In this document: one piece after another, positions 54,600-64,000 of the stretch
How the letters are laid out: the number at the start of each line of letters is the position of its first letter
Numbering within the stretch: position 1 is the stretch's first letter
Source: a virus
Lineage: Duplodnaviria; Caudoviricetes
DNA: 64,000 nucleotides
Strand: one strand, 5' to 3'
Virus record (IMG/VR): IMGVR_UViG_3300034161_000018
Location: 160,001-224,000 of that record
The notes under the pieces: generated by a model
Told to the model about the DNA's origin: nothing
The model's input: the letters and a program-made list of their open reading frames with translations, nothing else
Database searches by the model: none
Program-made: the position numbers and the translations under genes

Positions 54600-56018
54600 T
54601 CACACGGCAACTTTCGCCTTGATCGCTGGATAGTGTTCGTAGCCGACCAGTTTGCAATCGCCGGTTTTCATTTCCAGAATCGAATTGAACTCGCCGGTGA
54701 TTTCCAATTGCGGGTGTTCGTATTTGAACGGGTCGCGTTCCAACTGTTCTTTCACTTGCGCGACGTGGTTGGTGTAAATGTGAGCATCGCCGATTACGTG
54801 CGTGAAGAAACGCGCTTTCATTCCGGTAACGTGGGCCAGTTGCGAAGTGAGCAAACTGTATTGCGCCAGATTGAATGGAATACCGAGGAACATATCACCA
54901 CTGCGTTGATACATTTCGCAATCGAGGAAATGTTTGCCGTCTTCGTCTTTCTCGCTCGACACATACCACTGCGCCAAAACGTGGCAAGGTGGCAGCGCCA
55001 TTTCTTCAAGCTGCGCGACGTTCCAACCACTCAGAATAATGCGACGGCCAGCCGCATGTTTTTCCAATTTGCCTTGCTGGAACAACAGTTCATCGCGGAT
55101 TTGTTTTTCGATCTTCGCGATTTGGTCAATCTTGCGCGTGATAACGATTTGCCAACCGTTATACATTTTGCCTTCGACGGTGTAACCCTTGTCCTGCCAA
55201 CCTTGCGGGTCGGCTTCCCATTCTTTCGAGTCGATGATTCGGGTGTCTTCCCAATAACGCCATTGCGTTCCGTACACCCGGCCCAATTCACCGCCGATCA
55301 AAACCTTTTCCGGAATGCCCGCGTTGGTCAGGTATTGTGATTGTTTGTTCAAACGGAATTCGTCGCTGCGTCCGTCTTCGCGCATCATGGAATCAACTTC
55401 AAGGAAGTCTTCCATTTTCTCTTTGGACAGTTTGCGAATTCGCTCAGCGTGGCTAAGCATACGCCATTCTTCGGTGCCCGGAATTACCCATTCGTCCCAA
55501 ATGCGCGTGCCGTTCTTTTTCATGGAACGAATATTGGAACTGCCGGATTTCATCCAATCCAGTTCGTCGTCCACCGCAAGGAAGTGAACGTATTTCGTTG
55601 TCAGCGCCGGGAAGTAAAGACGCAAATCGGTACGCATGATTACTTGACCGAACATCGAAATGGTTCCGGTGCCGGTGCGGTCGCCTCGGAATTCACCCTC
55701 TGCCAGAATGCGGCGCAGCCACAGCAAATAGTAAATGTCGATTTTGGTAAAGTCGGGCCTCGGGTCTGCCTTGATTTGAATCTGGTAGTTTGGGTCTTCC
55801 AACATTAAGGCAACCTGCGCCTTTTCGATTGCGTCATGGTCGGATGCGCTGAAAGTGCGAATGCGCAATTTCTGTTCGTTCGGATTGCCGTGGCCGAATT
55901 GTTCCATCGGGTCAAGTTCTTCGCTGGCCTTTGGTATTTCGTCGGATTGGCTCGGTACACGCGGAAGCGGTTCGCCAATCTTTTGCAGGTCAGCGAAAGT
56001 CAGTTTCTTATCGGTCAC
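54600..56018 (-). CDS. thyA: thymidylate synthase with N-terminal extension and insertions
   Basis: DRTGTGT, IWDEW, ALPPCH, YQRSGDMFLGIPFN, DAHIY. Confidence 0.95.
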   Translation of the reverse strand: MTDKKLTFADLQKIGEPLPRVPSQSDEIPKASEELDPMEQFGHGNPNEQKLRIRTFSASDHDAIEKAQVALMLEDPNYQIQIKADPRPDFTKIDIYYLLWLRRILAEGEFRGDRTGTGTISMFGQVIMRTDLRLYFPALTTKYVHFLAVDDELDWMKSGSSNIRSMKKNGTRIWDEWVIPGTEEWRMLSHAERIRKLSKEKMEDFLEVDSMMREDGRSDEFRLNKQSQYLTNAGIPEKVLIGGELGRVYGTQWRYWEDTRIIDSKEWEADPQGWQDKGYTVEGKMYNGWQIVITRKIDQIAKIEKQIRDELLFQQGKLEKHAAGRRIILSGWNVAQLEEMALPPCHVLAQWYVSSEKDEDGKHFLDCEMYQRSGDMFLGIPFNLAQYSLLTSQLAHVTGMKARFFTHVIGDAHIYTNHVAQVKEQLERDPFKYEHPQLEITGEFNSILEMKTGDCKLVGYEHYPAIKAKVAV

Positions 56019-56029
56019 GCTTTTCTCCT

Positions 56030-56326
56030 TTAGGCCAAAGCCAATTGATCTTTAAACAGTTGTCGGATTGCTTGAAACTCCGGTTCCGTCGAATCCGGAA
56101 TGTGCAGCAAGTGTGCAAGCTGGTGAACGATTCCATCATCACGCAAACAAACGTAAGTCGGAATCTCTTTTACGAAACAGATGAAACAGGCGAGGTGCAA
56201 CGCTCGCGGTATTACTTTGCGGAATTCATCATCGGTCATTCCGCACAGGATCAGGTATTGCTCACGCACTTCCTGATATGAAAACGTGAATGTCGAGTCT
56301 CCGACCTTGTAATCCATCATTTGCAT
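56030..56326 (-). CDS. hypothetical protein
   Basis: first gene of inverted block; start 56326 or 56320. Confidence 0.65.
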   Translation of the reverse strand: MQMMDYKVGDSTFTFSYQEVREQYLILCGMTDDEFRKVIPRALHLACFICFVKEIPTYVCLRDDGIVHQLAHLLHIPDSTEPEFQAIRQLFKDQLALA

Positions 56327-56357
56327 TCGCTCGGCTAATTTAACCATACACATACAA

Positions 56358-56367
56358 TTTACAGTTT
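56358..56367 (-). promoter_or_regulatory. AAACTGTAAA motif heading the minus-strand operon
   Basis: TTTACAGTTT on + strand; orientation follows transcription. Confidence 0.7.
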
Positions 56368-56378
56368 TGGAGCAGATT

Positions 56379-56672
56379 ATGGGGCGCCCCAATATCCGTC
56401 TGATGACCGACCTTTCCAACGGCCACGGCTGCTTTCCTCCGTTCCTTCCGGCGCAAGCATCGACAAACGTTTTCGTAAACGGTTTGGCCGAAGTGCGAAC
56501 CGGCGATTCTTACATGGTGCATTGCTGCCCCGGAATGGGATGCCATACAGGAAAAGCTTTACCGGGCAGTTCTACCGTTTACGTGAATGGGCGATTGGCT
56601 CACACGAAAGGCGCGGGAATTGATTGCGGCGACACGGCGGGGAATGGCTCCATGAATGTTTTTACAGGGTGA
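56379..56672 (+). CDS. PAAR-like spike tip protein
   Basis: GHGCFPP, STNVFVNG, H-CC...H-G...GSSTVYVNG...CG. Confidence 0.9.
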   Translation: MGRPNIRLMTDLSNGHGCFPPFLPAQASTNVFVNGLAEVRTGDSYMVHCCPGMGCHTGKALPGSSTVYVNGRLAHTKGAGIDCGDTAGNGSMNVFTG

Positions 56673-56675
56673 ACC

Positions 56676-57047
56676 ATGCCAGTCTATTCTGACGTAAACT
56701 TGTTTTTGGGCGCAGGCAGTCCAAACACATTGGTAACGGATGCGGATTCCGTCAACCAAAACATCATGTTGATTTGCACAACGCCGATTCGCTCCAAGTG
56801 GTTCCGCCCGCGCATCGGCTCCAACATTCCGGAATATCTGTTTGATCCAGTCGATGACATTTCGGCACAGAAAATCCGAACTGAAATTCTGACGCTATTC
56901 CCACGCAACGGCGAACTTCGGATTACGGTTGAATCTGTAATTGTGATTCCGGTTCCGGACGAACAAGTTCACTTCGTTTCGATGACTTACACTTCGCCGT
57001 ACCTCGACCCAAGCCGGGTGAAATTCGACTTCAATTTGGCGCGCTGA
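56676..57047 (+). CDS. baseplate wedge protein (gp25-like)
   Basis: SVNQNIMLI...WFRPRIGS...YLFDP. Confidence 0.85.
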   Translation: MPVYSDVNLFLGAGSPNTLVTDADSVNQNIMLICTTPIRSKWFRPRIGSNIPEYLFDPVDDISAQKIRTEILTLFPRNGELRITVESVIVIPVPDEQVHFVSMTYTSPYLDPSRVKFDFNLAR

Positions 57048-57049
57048 CC

Positions 57050-58495
57050 ATGAGCAAAGATTTTACAAGAACGGTAGTTGACTTTGAAGATGCGGTGAAA
57101 GAAATTCATCGCGAGTTAACCGAACGTGGTTCGTGGATCGACACGTTGCCGACAAACGTTGGCGAAACAATCATTTCGATGATCGGCGGTTCGGTCGCGG
57201 CGTCGCAACACCTCGGCATTATGTCGATGCGAAACGCGTTCCTCTCCACGGCTGTGCGGGACAGTTCGATTTACGCAATTGTGCGCCAGCAAGGTACACA
57301 CATTTCCCGCCGTATCAGTTCCAGCACAACCGTGCGTTTGAAAAACTCGTATCAGGAAGCGCTGTTTATTCCGATGTATAGTTCGTTCGACATTGGCGGT
57401 GTGAAGTATTACAACAGCACGCAATTGGTATTCACTGCCGGTCAGGAAATGGACATTGAACTGACGCAAGGCGAAGTGAAAACTCAGCTTTACGATTTGG
57501 ACACTGTTGCGCCGGACTTCCTTGAGTTCTTCCTGAATCAACCGGATTTCGTTGTGACCGACGATCTGTTTGTTTTCACGACTGACAAAGTGAGCGGCAC
57601 CACACGCGTTTGGGATAAAGCGGACGGCGGCCTGTTCAAGTTCGACGGTGACGATTACGTTTATTTCGGTTCGACAACTGCAAAAGGCGACGTGTCGTTT
57701 ATTTTCGGTGACGGCGAATACGGGGCGAAACTCCCACGCAATTCCGTGCTGACTGTGCGCTACGTTGTTTCGCAAGGTGAATCGGCAAACGGAATGTTGG
57801 CCGGTGTGCGTGCGCGGTCGATTCAATATCCGCAATTGTCTGGTCAAACCATCGCCCCAACAACTGGCGGTGCAAACGTAAAAAGCAGCGCGTATTACAA
57901 ACGCTTCGGCCCGCTGATGTTTCGTGCTCGCGACAAAGCAATCAGTGCCGACGAAATCCGCGCAAAGATTGCCGACTATCCGGGCGTTGCCGACTGCTGT
58001 GTTTTGGGCCAGCGAGACATTGCACCGCAAGATCGCACTTGGATGAACACCATGCGAATTTGCATTCTGCCCGAACAGCTTGATTCGTGGGGCGGTGCAA
58101 ACCCAAATCCGAAATCGGCAAGCTGGACAAACTTCTGCAAATGGCTACAACCGCAAATCCACGCAATGATTGAAATCGACACATGCAACCCGGTAAAGGT
58201 CATGGTCGCAGTTCGTGTTTTGGTCGCAGTTCTTTCGACTGCCGATCCTGACGCAATCAAACTGAAATGCAACGAAGCAATCCTCAAGCTGTTCCAGAAA
58301 CGCCCCGGCATTCTGAAACGGCGTTTGTCGAAATCCGACATTCGCGACGCGTGCAAAATTGATGGTGTCGATTACGTCGAAGTCGAATCTTTCAACGGTG
58401 AAGAATCCATCGTGTTGACCGATCCAACTTCTTACGTGGCGCTGCAAGGTACGCCGGTTATTAATGTCGTATACACCGAGCGCGAGAATTCGTAA
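57050..58495 (+). CDS. baseplate wedge subunit (gp6 / J-like)
   Basis: AFLSTA, FGDGEYG, TTGGA, RARDKAIS..D..A. Confidence 0.85.
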   Translation: MSKDFTRTVVDFEDAVKEIHRELTERGSWIDTLPTNVGETIISMIGGSVAASQHLGIMSMRNAFLSTAVRDSSIYAIVRQQGTHISRRISSSTTVRLKNSYQEALFIPMYSSFDIGGVKYYNSTQLVFTAGQEMDIELTQGEVKTQLYDLDTVAPDFLEFFLNQPDFVVTDDLFVFTTDKVSGTTRVWDKADGGLFKFDGDDYVYFGSTTAKGDVSFIFGDGEYGAKLPRNSVLTVRYVVSQGESANGMLAGVRARSIQYPQLSGQTIAPTTGGANVKSSAYYKRFGPLMFRARDKAISADEIRAKIADYPGVADCCVLGQRDIAPQDRTWMNTMRICILPEQLDSWGGANPNPKSASWTNFCKWLQPQIHAMIEIDTCNPVKVMVAVRVLVAVLSTADPDAIKLKCNEAILKLFQKRPGILKRRLSKSDIRDACKIDGVDYVEVESFNGEESIVLTDPTSYVALQGTPVINVVYTERENS

Positions 58496-61400
58496 TGGAA
58501 AAGATGACGTTTGACCAGCTCGAAACGGAAATGTTTACCTCGCAAGTTGTGTGGCAAGATTTCCTCGAAGCACTGGCGGACTTTTATCAGGAACAAGTGC
58601 GCGAACCAATGGAAGGTTTGCGTGAAGTCCGCAACATCACAGAAAAGACCGATCCGAATGTCGTGCTGTTGACGCTGCGCGACCTCGGCATTGATACGCC
58701 GCTGGATTTGATTTTGAATCCGGATCGTTTGATGAAATCGGTTTACATGATTCCGTTGATTTATCAGCATTCCGGTCTGGATTCAATGTGGCGCGTAATT
58801 GAGTTTATTCTCGGGCGCCGCATGTCTGTGCAATATCTCTGGACTCAGGATTACATTGATTTCTATCCGGAACCGTATGGCCCGCGCCGCGTCGATGGCG
58901 GAACGTGGTACAAAACCACGCACGTAAATCTGACAATGCAAACCACTGGTTCGGATGCCCGAATCATTCTGCCGCGTAATTCAACGCTGAAAGATCGTCT
59001 TCTTTCAGCGTTTTATTCTTATGCGCCGGTCAATCTGGTAATCGACAAATTCGCTTTCACGATTGACGTTGAATCCTCTGATCTGCAAATGAGCGCGGTT
59101 GTTGAAAAGCATCACCGCCGCGTAATGCGTTTCGGCGAGAACGGCACTGAGATTGATCCGGAAACCGGAAAGCCTGTTCGCCATTTCAGCATGGTCGGCA
59201 CTGACAAAATCGAAATGGGTGGCAGTGCCCAATACTACTTGGAAGAAAACGGTTTCCAATTCTTTCCTTCTGAGTGGTGGTCGGATAAACCCGGTTTGGT
59301 CAACTTCACCCCGGCTGGCCTCGCCAGTTTCGCCAACGTGCAGTTCGATACGACCGTGACTGTTTTCACAAAGTTTCTCGGTTACACCATTTCCAAACAA
59401 GTGTTGATTCAGAAAGCATTCGACGACATCCGGTTTATTCAAATCGAAGGCCCGGAAACAATTCAGGGTGGCGCGTATGCTGATTACACTGTGCGTTGTT
59501 ATCACGCGCACGGTAATGACGAACTCGATACGCAAATCACGCTTATGTCGCCGTATGCAAAAGCGGCATTCAATCGCGTGACCTGTGAAGACGTTTCCGC
59601 CGATCAGGAATTGGCATTGCACGCGGTTTATACTGTGGGTGGTGTTGATTACACGGCAGCGCTTTTGGTCGAAGTGAAACACGTTGATCCGAATCTGGTA
59701 TTGACCGACTTCTACATTGCGGGCGAAAAAGAACTGAATGAGAATTCGGTTTATCTGTTTCAGGCGAATGCGGTTTTCTCCGATGGCAGCGAACAAGCTG
59801 TTTTGTCGTCGTGGTCTACCAGTTCTTCCGTTGCGTATGCCGACAATAATGGACGCGTGACAACCGGCGTCACCGAAGGCCCGACTGACGTTTCGTTCAA
59901 AGCGAAATATACGTTCCGTGGCGTTTCGCTGGATCACACTTTCGATTCCACTGTTGTGCAAGTGTTGAATCCGTTGGTTGGCATTTCGATCCAAGGCCCG
60001 ACAATCGGATACGAAAACAACCGTTTGCAATTCAACGCATTGGGTATTTTCGCAGACGGGACAACCGGTGTCGTTGTCGCTGAATGGGCGTGCGAAGATT
60101 ACTATATCGGCGCCGATGGCATTCTGGAAGTCGGTACAACCGGCGACCGCGCAAAAGAAGTAATCGTGAAAGCGGCAGTGCGTGATTTCACTGCGGAACA
60201 TTCGGTAAACATCACACGCGATCCAATCGTGTTGACCAGCCTTGTAATTCAAGGGCCGGAAAACTTGCATGAAGGCGCAGCGGGTTCGTTCCAAGCATTG
60301 GCGATTTTCTCCGATGGCAGCAAGCAAGCGATTTCCCCAACGTGGTCGCTTGTTGATAATCCGACATGGGCAACAATTTCCAATACCGGCATCGTGGTTT
60401 TCAATGATCCGGAAGTTGGCCTTTTGGAAGTGCAGGCGGATTACCTGAAAGACGGTGTGCGCTACACGCAAACGAAAACCGTTGTGTGCATTGCGAAAAC
60501 CAACGTCATTACCGGGCTGATTGTTTCCGGGCCAAACCTTGTGAATGCGAATGAGCGAATTGTTTTAACCGCCACCGCGATTTACAAAGACGGCACAATG
60601 GAAACCGTTACTCCGAAATGGAGCGCGTCCACTCTGGATTCCAACGCGACTTACGTTGCTGCGGATGTTGTCGGTTCCGGTGTTGTGCAGGGCCGCGATG
60701 TTGATTCCGATATGGACGTAATCATTACGGCGCGCTACTTTCAGGAAGAAGTGAATTACAAAATCACCGTGCGTTACGTTGCGCCGATGGGGCCAGACAA
60801 ACCAATGACTTCGCGAATCAGCGGGCCACCAGTTTTCTACTCCAACGAAATCGCATCGTTTGCACAAATGATTCGCTTCGACCAGTGCCCGAATGAATTG
60901 GCAGTTTCATCTGATTGGTCACTCGACGTTGATTCGGATATTGCTTCGATTGACGCAAACGGATTCCTAACTGTGGAAGGCAACCGCGCCGCGACCATGA
61001 CGGTTACGGCAGTTTACACCTGCGGCGGTTACACGGTTACGGACAGTATCGTTGTTTCTTCTGTCGTTCGCGATTCCGCATACAGCACAATGTTGATGGC
61101 CGCGCCGGACACAATGGAGATTGGCGAAACTGCACAATTCAGCGCAGAAGTTTTCACACTCGCAGACGTTGTGGTTGTTGGCGGCGGTAAACTGGTGGCA
61201 TGCGAATGGGAAGTAATGACCGACTCGCTAAACATTCAGGTTTCCAGCAATGGCCTTTTGCGAATTGTTGGCCCGGTAGTGAATACCAGTTTCACAATCA
61301 AGGCCACGTACAACGACGGTTTCGAGACGATTGAAGTTTCCAAAACCGTTGCAGTCTCTGGCAGCGAACCGCTTTGGGGAACTGCGGCAATTGACGCAAG

Positions 61401-61707
61401 CAACGATGCGATTTTTGCAATGACTGGAAAACTGGTCGATGGCCGTTTCCAAATCAACGTTGGTGCCGGGCGTTATGGTTTCTTTGCGTATCCGCTGGTT
61501 TGGGGATTGGCAACTTTCAAAGAAGTCACCACGCAAATTGTCGGCGGTTGGGATGGTGCGACGTGGCCTGCGGATGGTTCCATTGGTTCGACTGCGGGGC
61601 CGCTCACAGTCAGCCGCGTTATTAACGGAATCACCACGCAATGGTACATCTACCGAACAAACTTTTCTGCAATTGGTAACACGGCGTTTGACGTTACCTT
61701 TTCGTGA
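58495..61707 (+). CDS. baseplate/tail protein with tandem Ig-like repeats
   Basis: repeated I-x-GP...F-x-A-x-A-x-FSDG...W-S units. Confidence 0.8.
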   Translation: MEKMTFDQLETEMFTSQVVWQDFLEALADFYQEQVREPMEGLREVRNITEKTDPNVVLLTLRDLGIDTPLDLILNPDRLMKSVYMIPLIYQHSGLDSMWRVIEFILGRRMSVQYLWTQDYIDFYPEPYGPRRVDGGTWYKTTHVNLTMQTTGSDARIILPRNSTLKDRLLSAFYSYAPVNLVIDKFAFTIDVESSDLQMSAVVEKHHRRVMRFGENGTEIDPETGKPVRHFSMVGTDKIEMGGSAQYYLEENGFQFFPSEWWSDKPGLVNFTPAGLASFANVQFDTTVTVFTKFLGYTISKQVLIQKAFDDIRFIQIEGPETIQGGAYADYTVRCYHAHGNDELDTQITLMSPYAKAAFNRVTCEDVSADQELALHAVYTVGGVDYTAALLVEVKHVDPNLVLTDFYIAGEKELNENSVYLFQANAVFSDGSEQAVLSSWSTSSSVAYADNNGRVTTGVTEGPTDVSFKAKYTFRGVSLDHTFDSTVVQVLNPLVGISIQGPTIGYENNRLQFNALGIFADGTTGVVVAEWACEDYYIGADGILEVGTTGDRAKEVIVKAAVRDFTAEHSVNITRDPIVLTSLVIQGPENLHEGAAGSFQALAIFSDGSKQAISPTWSLVDNPTWATISNTGIVVFNDPEVGLLEVQADYLKDGVRYTQTKTVVCIAKTNVITGLIVSGPNLVNANERIVLTATAIYKDGTMETVTPKWSASTLDSNATYVAADVVGSGVVQGRDVDSDMDVIITARYFQEEVNYKITVRYVAPMGPDKPMTSRISGPPVFYSNEIASFAQMIRFDQCPNELAVSSDWSLDVDSDIASIDANGFLTVEGNRAATMTVTAVYTCGGYTVTDSIVVSSVVRDSAYSTMLMAAPDTMEIGETAQFSAEVFTLADVVVVGGGKLVACEWEVMTDSLNIQVSSNGLLRIVGPVVNTSFTIKATYNDGFETIEVSKTVAVSGSEPLWGTAAIDASNDAIFAMTGKLVDGRFQINVGAGRYGFFAYPLVWGLATFKEVTTQIVGGWDGATWPADGSIGSTAGPLTVSRVINGITTQWYIYRTNFSAIGNTAFDVTFS

Positions 61708-61714
61708 GGCTTTT

Positions 61715-62332
61715 ATGATTGCACTGAATCCGGATTTGCGTTTGATTAAACCAACCGCAAAAACTCTGACCGTGACCAGTCGCATTGCAGGCCGTGAACG
61801 TATTGCTTTCAAGATGAAGGTTTTGGGTAACAACATCAGAACCTTCAAATTGAATTTCCTGCCACCGTGCGTTGAGTGGGTTGAAGTTTATTACAACGCT
61901 CGGCGCATGTTGACCGGCTATACGATTGTGGGCCAGCAACTTACATTCGACGTTCCCCATTCCGGGCGCGTCGATGTTATTTGCGACAATGAAGACCCAA
62001 CCGATTTGGAATGGTGCGAGATTCCAATCAAAAACATGATTTCGTACACCAGCCTTGTAGACGCAAACTACGGAACCGACCGGCGCGATGGCCCTGATAT
62101 TTGTCAGCGTGTTATCCCGGTTGTAATCGTGCAACCGTCTGCGGGCTTTTGTCGTTCCAGTTTGTATTTCGACACTTTGCTGTATTGCCCAATTAAAGGA
62201 TACGAAGGGCCGGACTCGATTACTTACGCAATCTTGAATGATAGCGGCCAAGTGTCAGAACCGAAATGTATCAACATCACCGTCGAATTGCCACCGCCGC
62301 CAGAACCTCCGGTTGTTCCGCCGACCCCGTAA
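61715..62332 (+). CDS. tail-associated protein with C-terminal Ig-like (Big_9-like) segment
   Basis: LLYCPIKGYEGPDSITYAI; ATG 61715 after GAGG. Confidence 0.65.
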   Translation: MIALNPDLRLIKPTAKTLTVTSRIAGRERIAFKMKVLGNNIRTFKLNFLPPCVEWVEVYYNARRMLTGYTIVGQQLTFDVPHSGRVDVICDNEDPTDLEWCEIPIKNMISYTSLVDANYGTDRRDGPDICQRVIPVVIVQPSAGFCRSSLYFDTLLYCPIKGYEGPDSITYAILNDSGQVSEPKCINITVELPPPPEPPVVPPTP

Positions 62333-62377
62333 TTAATTCTGGCATCCGTTTAATTTAACGGAAAAGGAGAAAGTTTT

Positions 62378-62635
62378 ATGCAAATCATGACTACTGGCCG
62401 CAAGGTGTTTGATCCGTTTGCGCCTGCTGTCCCGCAACAATCCGTCGCTTCTTCCGTTTCTTCTGACGCGGAACACAATCGCGAAATCGCAACCGCTTCC
62501 GCCCTGACGAACATGAATCCGAATCAGTGCCCGAAATGCGGTGCGATGATGGGTAACGGCATTCTGGCAGATGGCGAGAAAGTTTATTACTGCCCACCAT
62601 GCCGCGTTACTAACCCGATCCCGGTTCCGGTTTAA
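62378..62635 (+). CDS. small zinc-ribbon protein
   Basis: CPKC...CPPC; AAGGAG RBS. Confidence 0.7.
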   Translation: MQIMTTGRKVFDPFAPAVPQQSVASSVSSDAEHNREIATASALTNMNPNQCPKCGAMMGNGILADGEKVYYCPPCRVTNPIPVPV

Positions 62636-62646
62636 TAGGTTTTCAA

Positions 62647-64000
62647 ATGACTGACAAACTCATTCTACAAGACGCTGGACTGCGCGCAATCAACAATGCG
62701 AATGCGGGCGGCGTTTTGGTAAATCCGGTATTTTTCAAAGGTGGCGATTCTGCTCTGTCGCCCCTGATGGAGAATGCTACCGATATTCTCGGCAGCGTTG
62801 TAATCCAAGGAAATATTCACCACGTTGAGGTTGCCAGCGCAAACAGTGCTCGATTCTTTTTCGTTCTTGACGGAAACTCTGTCACGGTTGAAACCGAAAT
62901 CAAAGAACTGTGCGTCTATTTGGAAGGCGACATTCTGCTGGGCCGTTGCGTGTTCACCGAAGCAATCGTGCTGATTCCGAATGAGCTTTACGAAATCAGT
63001 GTCGTGCTCGCATCTACACGCGGCGACCTTTCTGCAATTAGCGTTGCATACGGCGATTACGAATCCATTCCAATCACTCCGTTCCTGTATCGTTTGCCAG
63101 CGCCAGCCGCTACGCAATTCAACGCGATTTCAGTTGCCAACGGTGTGACCAACGCAGCCGGGGGCGACTCGCCTATCATGGCTTTGCGTCACGGTTCGGG
63201 CGCTTTCCAGTGGGGCTTTACCGGACACACTCGCGTTTATTCCGCAAAACCAAAAACCGCAACCGTTTCCAGTTTCACGATTACGAGTTCTCAAGTTTTC
63301 GTGGATAAAGAAGTTGTGATTGTTCACGTTGTTGCAGGCACCGGCCTCGGCCAAACCCGCCGCTTCTATTACGAAGCATCCAACGGTTCGTTTATCGAAT
63401 CGGATGGTCGCAACCTGACCGATCTTGCGAATTGCACAATTGCAGTTTGGCGCGCAATGGGTGGCAGTGTGCAAGGTGGCGGTTCTTCGCTTCCTGACAA
63501 AACCAACGTTCCAGAAGATTGGGTTCTGATTTCAGGGCCGGGCGAAACCCCAGTGTGGGGGCCGCAAAAATCTGGCGCAAAAGTTTTGAATACGCTGTAC
63601 ACCGCACCTTCGCGGCTCGACGTAAACATCCTCAATTATATCGGCAACGGTGCGGAAGCGCGGTATAGCCTCGGTGAATTGAGTGTCGAAAACGCAAACT
63701 ACATTTACCCGGCACTCGGCGGCATCACGCAGCACCGTACCGCTTTCGACGTAAACGCGTCGGAATTGGAATTCGCCGAAAACATTCCTGCGGCTGTTGG
63801 TATTGACCTGCGCGTTTTCACAAAAGCGAGCAGCACCGGCACACGTTTGGAATTTACCAGCGATCACTTTGTTGGTGACGGGCAAACCGTTCGTTTCAAA
63901 CTGAAAACTGCAATTGCCGATGTGAAATACGTCTTTGCGTTTATGCAAGGTACGTTGCAGGCGATGAACGCCTACACATACGACAATCAAACTCAGGAAA
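62647..64000 (+). CDS. tail fibre/baseplate protein, truncated by window end
   Basis: starts MTDKLILQDAGLRAINNA; absent from the ORF track, consistent with no stop before the window end. Confidence 0.75.
   Translation, partial: MTDKLILQDAGLRAINNANAGGVLVNPVFFKGGDSALSPLMENATDILGSVVIQGNIHHVEVASANSARFFFVLDGNSVTVETEIKELCVYLEGDILLGRCVFTEAIVLIPNELYEISVVLASTRGDLSAISVAYGDYESIPITPFLYRLPAPAATQFNAISVANGVTNAAGGDSPIMALRHGSGAFQWGFTGHTRVYSAKPKTATVSSFTITSSQVFVDKEVVIVHVVAGTGLGQTRRFYYEASNGSFIESDGRNLTDLANCTIAVWRAMGGSVQGGGSSLPDKTNVPEDWVLISGPGETPVWGPQKSGAKVLNTLYTAPSRLDVNILNYIGNGAEARYSLGELSVENANYIYPALGGITQHRTAFDVNASELEFAENIPAAVGIDLRVFTKASSTGTRLEFTSDHFVGDGQTVRFKLKTAIADVKYVFAFMQGTLQAMNAYTYDNQTQE

Noticed and set aside
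1-64000. Stop-codon reassignment or programmed frameshifts
   Set aside because: Standard code gives dense, coupled ORFs ending in TAA, TGA and TAG; no split genes were evident

Overview
A 64 kb segment of a large lytic contractile-tailed (jumbo myovirus-like) phage genome, about 50% GC, densely coding and almost all on the + strand except one inverted block (51276-56330). Left: early genes behind host sigma70-type promoters, a 5'-3' exonuclease, and an operon of very acidic or very basic low-complexity proteins. Middle: a sigma factor and a second sigma-like protein, SSB, RecA/UvsX, type IIA topoisomerase A subunit, HNH protein, DnaB helicase, intein-containing large terminase and probable portal. 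Right: baseplate hub, tail fibre, dTMP kinase, topoisomerase IB, basic core-like proteins, ThyA, PAAR, gp25-like and baseplate/tail genes. The gene set recalls RSL1/Lu11/PaBG-type jumbo phages (from memory, unverified). No tRNA, rRNA, CRISPR array or transposase was seen. Most interesting unexplained signals: (1) two large, apparently structured non-coding regions just downstream of the portal gene, one folding into a 6S-RNA-like rod and one carrying anti-Shine-Dalgarno-like tracts; (2) a 23-bp element 33-36 nt downstream of the -10 box of all four sigma70 promoters found; (3) a strand-oriented AAACTGTAAA motif (13 copies), probably the phage-sigma promoter; (4) a shared N-terminal [IL]SL[ASN] tag on topoisomerase IB and neighbouring basic proteins, suggesting co-packaging; (5) an adjacent polyacidic / H1-like gene pair; (6) several apparent pseudoenzymes and anti-defence sponge candidates. 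All folding and homology calls were made by eye and need computational confirmation.
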